DNA of 64,000 nt, from the NCBI GenBank assembly GCA_964016885.1, contig OZ024757.1:11656001-11720000 (forward strand), read 5' to 3'. The notes under the pieces are model-generated. The model was not told where the DNA came from, did not search any database, and saw only the letters and a program-made list of their open reading frames with translations. Positions 57,476 through 64,000 of this stretch are shown here, in pieces. Positions within the stretch are counted from its first letter, which is position 1, and every line of letters begins with the position of its first letter. The DNA comes from Eledone cirrhosa. Lineage: Eukaryota. The position numbers and the translations under genes were made by a program.

Positions 57476-57843
57476 TTAATATAGATGAGATTCTACAGGA
57501 CTAGAACTGTTTCATTCATTAGAAATCATCAGGGCCCGCTACTGAACAAACTCTCTGAACACTGCCCGAACTGCATGCACAAGAACTTTGCAACATTCAA
57601 ACACTTTAAGCCAGTGTTAAAGCCCGAGGGCTAAAAACAACCTCCCCCTATTGGCCCCTATACCTCCTCCCCACCCTACCCCACCCCTCCTCAACATGAA
57701 ATACGGCCACTATGGTTATGTGAGTACCTCTTTCGTATCTACATTTTCTGCCTGTAGAGGTGTCTTTATGTGCCTGCGTATATGCGTATATTTATTGAGT
57801 ATCTATTTACTTGTATGTGTATATATTTGTTTGTATATGTGTA

Positions 57844-57937
<94 letters not shown>

Positions 57938-58008
57938 TGTGTGTATATGTGTTTTATGTGTGTATATTTATGTATGTATATGTATGTATATGTTTGTGTA
58001 TATGTATG

Positions 58009-58099
<91 letters not shown>

Positions 58100-58232
58100 A
58101 TATATATATATATATGTGTATATATGTGTATGTATGTATGTATGTATGTGTATGTATGTATGTATGTTTATATATATGTATGTGTATGTGTGTATGTATG
58201 TGTGTGTATATGTATATATATGTGTATATGTA

Positions 58233-58281
<49 letters not shown>

Positions 58282-58417
58282 ATATATATATATATATATA
58301 TGTATATGTGTATATGTATGTATGTGTGTATATATATATATGTGTGTATATGTATATATATATGTATATATATATATATATATGTATGTATGTGTGTGTA
58401 TGTATGTATGTGTGTGC

Positions 58418-58449
<32 letters not shown>

Positions 58450-58510
58450 GTGTATATATATATATATATGTATGTATATATATGTGTATATGGTTGTGTG
58501 GGCAGGTGTG

Positions 58511-58571
<61 letters not shown>

Positions 58572-58696
58572 GTGTGTGTGTGTGTATTCGTATGTATATA
58601 TGTATATGTGTGTATGTGTGTATATATGTATATGTATGTGTGTATATATATGTATGTGTGTATGTGTATATATATATATATGTATGTGTGTGTGTA

Positions 58697-58744
<48 letters not shown>

Positions 58745-58745
58745 T

Positions 58746-58802
<57 letters not shown>

Positions 58803-58808
<6 letters not shown>

Positions 58809-61800
58809 ATTAAATAAATGGAAACTATATTTATAAAACCATATTTATTTCATTATATATATTTCGGGGATATCATATTAACAATATGCTATGCCTTCCT
58901 CAGACAAAATACAATATAAACAGTTTTATAGACAAATAGATTCGACATACCGTAATAACACCGACTTGCATTTGAAGAGGTTAAACTGGCAGTGAAAAAA
59001 TTTTACACAGAGAGAAAGAAAGAGAGAAAAAAAAAGAGAGAAAAAAAAGAAAGAAAGACAGAAAACGAAGAAAAGGAAGAAAAAGAAGAAATGGATGGAA
59101 CAAAATAGAGAGATGGAAATATAGATAAAGAGAAGAACTTCATGTAAAGAAACAGAAAGATATATATATATATAGAGAGAGAGGAAATAGAGATAGATAC
59201 ATACATATATAGAAAATTAGGTAGTGGGAGGTCAGTTGAGTAAATGTATCAATAATACATTTATTTATTTATTTATTTATTTAGCTCTAGTATTAATGTA
59301 AGGGAGATATATATAGAGAGAAAAATATAGAGAGAGAAAAAATAGCGAGAGAAAAAATTTAAAAATAGCCAGATATATTCGAGGCGTAAAAACCCTGTTT
59401 TAATGTATTAGTATTTATAAAACTTCTACTATATTGTAAATATCAGTATTCCTGAATGAGATAAGTATCCATAGCGTGTGAAAATTAATTATCTTATGTT
59501 TAGTTTTTTAAAAAATTCATATGTTTATGTGATAGCTACAAACATCCATGTGAATCCACATGATCAACTCTGCAAACTCTAGGTTCACGGAAAACATTCT
59601 CAATGTGGTATAAAAATTTGAGTATACATATATGTGTATTATTATTCCTGTCTTTACTCTACAAGATTATCTATCAAGCAGAAATAGAGAGCAGATTTCA
59701 ATATACTAATAAAAATATATATCAGAAACAAAACTAAAAAAATAAAAAGATAACAATAATAATAATAAGTAATAATAAAATAGAAAACTAAAAAAAAAAA
59801 AATATTACGAAAGAATATTGCATATTAAAAATATTACATATTAAAAATATTACGTATTAAAAAATTTACATATTAAAGATATTAAAAATAAAAATAAAAA
59901 ATATTATAAAAATACTACAATAATAAAAAATAAAAATAAACTACAAAGATCAACCCTTCAAAATTAATTGACAATATATTGCCAAGTTCATTATAAAACA
60001 AAGCCAAAAATTATCTATCAAATCACACCTAGCAAAGATCATTTCAAAAAGTTTATGATGTCCAATTTGGTCTACATGTGTTCTTATATTTAATATAGAG
60101 GTTTATCTAGTGTAAAGTTTATTCAAAATATTTGGAGCATCAGCTTTTAGGGTAGCTTAATTTTTCATGAGGAATGTTTAAATAAAAATAAAATAAAAAT
60201 AAACAATAAAAAAAAAAAAAAAAAAAATAGAATAAAAAGAAGGAATCAAAAATTTAAGGAATCAAAAATTTATCGGCTAGTTTCCCATGTAAATATAAAT
60301 CAAACTAAATATACTACATTTTAAATTTAAATTTATATTTAAACGTTGAGTTTAATCTATGTTTGCAACAACTGAATAAATTTGTCCGTAGATTAAGGGA
60401 ATTTTTAGATTTTAGTATAAAGAATATCTCCTCTGCGCAGAGGTCACATGTCTCAGAGGATGAATTAAAAGGAATCCCTCTTGAGACTATATTCCAAGCC
60501 GTCGAATATCTAACGTTATCTAGCTTAAGTTGCCAGAGTACGCCTGATAGTGCCGTTGAAGATTTTTTACTTGGATCTGTGAAAGAATTCTTGTGGTTAT
60601 TATAGCGAAGTTTAAATTCCGTCGATGTGGAACCGACGTAGTTAAAAGAATTAGAGTCAGTATTAACATTACAATTGTATACTATATTTTTAACTAAGCA
60701 GTTGTTATTTAACGGACATTTAGATCTATCTCTACAGTTACATTTGTTAACTTGTATATTATTTATGCTATTATCACTAGGTTTTAAGTTCCTATTATTT
60801 ATTCTATTAATATTTTGTGCTAAATTTTTGGTGGATGAGTAGGTTAATTTAATTGTATGCCTATTGAAAATTGAGTGATACCTATGTGTTCTAGGGAAGC
60901 GATTATCAAGAGCTTTGAAAAATAATTTAGCGATGTGGGTTTTAATGTTTAGTGAGAAAAGGGGGGTAAACCAAATTATGTTCCTAGTTCTATTTCTTTT
61001 TTGGCCTTTGGAATTATTGTAATGCTTTCTATTATAGTTGTTAAGGTTGTTGCCGTAATTAAAAAAGTTGTTACTTTGTTTAGTTTGTCTATCATTATCT
61101 ATGTACACAATCTTATCAGCATATCCTGCCCTAGCTAATGCTTCATTATAGTATTGGGCCTTTTCGTCGAAAATCTTTCTATTCGACGAGATCCTAGAGA
61201 TACATTTTTGAACAGAGTTTACTATAGTGTTTTTGACAGATCTGGGGTGGTTAGAGTTAAAGTTGACATAGTTTAAGTTTTCATTCAACTTGTGAAAAGG
61301 ATAGTGGAGACATGTGTTGAGATTTAATGTTATATCTAGGAAATTGACTATTCTATGGTTGTTCTCAATTTCTATTTTAAGGTTAAAGTAATTAAAAAAT
61401 TTTGTAATTTGTTTACATTTTCTATTTAGTTCAGGGTTATTATTATTAATAAGTAAAAGCATGTCATCCCTATATAAACCTCCGGTAGTACCAGGTATTT
61501 TCCTATGTAGCGAATTGATTAAAAATAAGCCCACAAGGTCAGTTACCTGAGCTGAGTCGGAAGATCCCATAGTTATGTCAAAATTGCTATCTCTATCTGC
61601 TCTGGTCCATAATTTGTCATTAAATTATATCAAAGATTTCCTAGCCGATAATATAATATGCATTTCTTTGCTAGTTAGGTCAGTATGTTTGAATGCGTAA
61701 TTTAGTGCCTTATTTAGTAGACTAGGGGTAATAGAAGAATAATAGTTAGCTATATCAAGTTGAATAAACCTATTATTATTGTTATATTTAATTTGCCTAA

Positions 61801-63649
61801 ACCACTCAACAACCTCTCCAGTTCCCTTCCACAAGCTCAGGTTAGATACACAATCCAAGTTCTTAATTTGCTGTATCACCCTGTCAAGAATGTTTTTGCT
61901 TAATTTGCCCAGGTCCGATTTTGATGGTGCGATCAATCTAACTGGCAGGTCATTTTCAAAATTCCTCTTGTGATCCTTCATATTGATCTTCGGTTTCCTG
62001 GGCACGAAAGGTTGTGTTCTGTTCTCAATTTCCAACTCGTGCATTATACAAGATGCTTCGACATTCATTTTCTCAAGTTCGGCCTTATCTGCTACCTTGT
62101 ACTTTTTCCTCAGCTTTTATCTGACTTTGAAAACGATATAATTTCTATCATACAAGGGGTCAAATTCAAGAGAAACTTCAAAGGCCAGGAATATCTGAAA
62201 GGCATTAAGGATAACATTGAGAGCTTAGAGAAAACTGAGAAGATCTTGGTGAAATCTGACAAGACCAACAACCTCTATGGAGTGCAGAAAGACATGTATA
62301 ATGACCTCATACTGAAAGAGCTGAGGAAAAAGTACAAGGTAGCAGATAAGGTGTGATTTGATAGATAATTTTTGGCTTTGTTTTATAATGAACTTGGCAA
62401 TATATTGTCAATTAATTTTGAAGGGTTGATCTTTGTGGTTTATTTTTATTTTTTATTATTGTAGTATTTTTATAATATTTTTTATTTTTATTTTTAATAT
62501 CTTTAATATGTAAATTTTTTAATACGTAATATTTTTAATATGTAATATTTTTAATATGTAATATTCTTTCGTAATATTTTTTTTTTTAGTTTTCTATTTT
62601 ATTATTACTTATTATTATTATTGTTATCTTTTTATTTTTTTAGTTTTGTTTCTGATATATATTTTTGTTAGTATATTGAAATCTGCTCTCTATTTCTGCT
62701 TGATAGATAATCTTGTAGAGTAAAGACAGGAATACACATATATGTATACTCAAATTTTTATACCACATTGAGAATGTTTTCCGTGAACTTAGAGTTTGCA
62801 GAGTTGATCATGTGGATTCACATGGATGTTTGTAGCTATCACATAAACATATGAATTTTTTAAAAAACTAAACATAAGATAATTAATTTTCACACGCTAT
62901 GGATACTTATCTCATTCAGGAATACTGATATTTACAATATAGTAGAAGTTTTATAAATACTAATACATTAAAACATAGGGTTTTTACGCCTCGAATATAT
63001 CTGGCTATTTTTAAATTTTTTCTCTCGCTATTTTTTCTCTCTCTATATTTTTTCTCTCTCTATATATCTCCCTTACATTAATACTAGAGCTAAATAAATA
63101 AATAAATAAATAAATGTATTATTGATACATTTACTCAACTGACCTCCCACTACCTAATTTTCTATATATGTATGTATCTATCTCTATTTCCTCTCTCTCT
63201 ATATATATATCTCTTTCTGTTTCTTTACATGAAGTTCTTCTCTTTATCTATATTTCCATCTCTCTATTTTGTTCCATCCATTTCTTCTTTTTCTTCCTTT
63301 TCTTCGTTTTCTGTCTTTCTTTCTTTTTTTTCTCTCTTTTTTTTCTCTCTTTCATTCTGTGTAAAATTTTTTCACTGCCAGTTTAACCTCTTCAAATGCA
63401 AGTCGGTGTTATTACGGTATGTCGAATCTATTTGTCTATAAAACTGTTTATATTGTATTTTGTCTGAGGAAGGCATAGCATATTGTTAATATGATATCCC
63501 CGAAATATATATAATGAAATAAATATGGTTTTATAAATATAGTTTCCATTTATTTAATATTGTAAATATACTCCAAATATTTGTCGAGTGCTTTTATATC
63601 AGTTATAAATATTTACTAGTTGTAACCCAACAATTTTAAATATAACTTT

Positions 63650-63652
<3 letters not shown>
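58803..63652 (-). mobile_element. Penelope-like element family C, copy 2 (longest PLE here; fold-back)
   Basis: Arms 58803-60031 / 62349-63564 plus extension; body 60314-62117; inverted N-terminal ORF chunk 62118-62351. Confidence 0.93.
60314..62117 (-). pseudogene. PLE reverse transcriptase + GIY-YIG endonuclease (in-frame stop near 61625; N-terminus inverted)
   Basis: RLIAPSKS, QLDIANYYSSI, MGSSDSAQ, LYRDD, FLDITLNL, SNHP, CNCR..CPL..C, IVYNC...YVGST, CDLC..E. Confidence 0.92.
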
Positions 63653-63703
<51 letters not shown>

Positions 63704-63834
63704 ATGTGTGTATATATGTGTATATATATATGTGTATATGTATGTGTCTGTGTATGTGTATGTGTGTATGTATGTATATATGTGTGTATGTGTGTGTGTA
63801 TGTGTGTATATATGTATATATGTGTGTGTATTTG

Positions 63835-63876
<42 letters not shown>

Positions 63877-63896
63877 TGTGTATATGTATATATATA

Positions 63897-63927
<31 letters not shown>

Positions 63928-64000
63928 GTGCGTGAGAGAGAGACTGTGTATATATATTTTGTGTGTATGTGTGTATGCGCGAGTGTGTATATATATATAT

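Noticed and set aside
57490-57540. CUGAUGA...GAAAC on minus strand
   Set aside because: Weak stem II and no clean stem I closure; at best a decayed HHR.

Overview
Eukaryotic, very AT-rich, apparently gene-free window made almost entirely of transposable elements separated by (TA)n/(TACA)n/(CA)n microsatellites, with one 200-N gap. Most ORF-track entries ([12 protein letters not shown]) are microsatellite artefacts. A tRNA-type SINE and the (CAT)n-tailed RTE ends resemble octopod cephalopod repeats, so an octopod host is inferred, not established. Recognisable content: at least six families of Penelope-like elements (PLE, RT + C-terminal GIY-YIG), two RTE-clade and two CR1-group LINE families, a PHD-bearing CRE-like fragment, non-autonomous Helitrons and a SINE. 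All coding remnants are truncated or disrupted. The main signal is RNA-structural: about two dozen minimal hammerhead ribozyme (HHR) motifs from roughly ten sequence families, some with unusual cores (U3-A8, C4) or very long stem II. Most HHR-bearing elements are inserted into (TA)n as fold-backs with one fixed short end and one fixed long end, both downstream of the HHR cleavage site. There is also a non-coding 520-bp HHR-delimited tandem repeat (retrozyme-like). Together these suggest two-ended, TA-microhomology-primed reverse transcription of circular or multimeric RNAs. All alignments and folds were done by eye, so boundaries are approximate.
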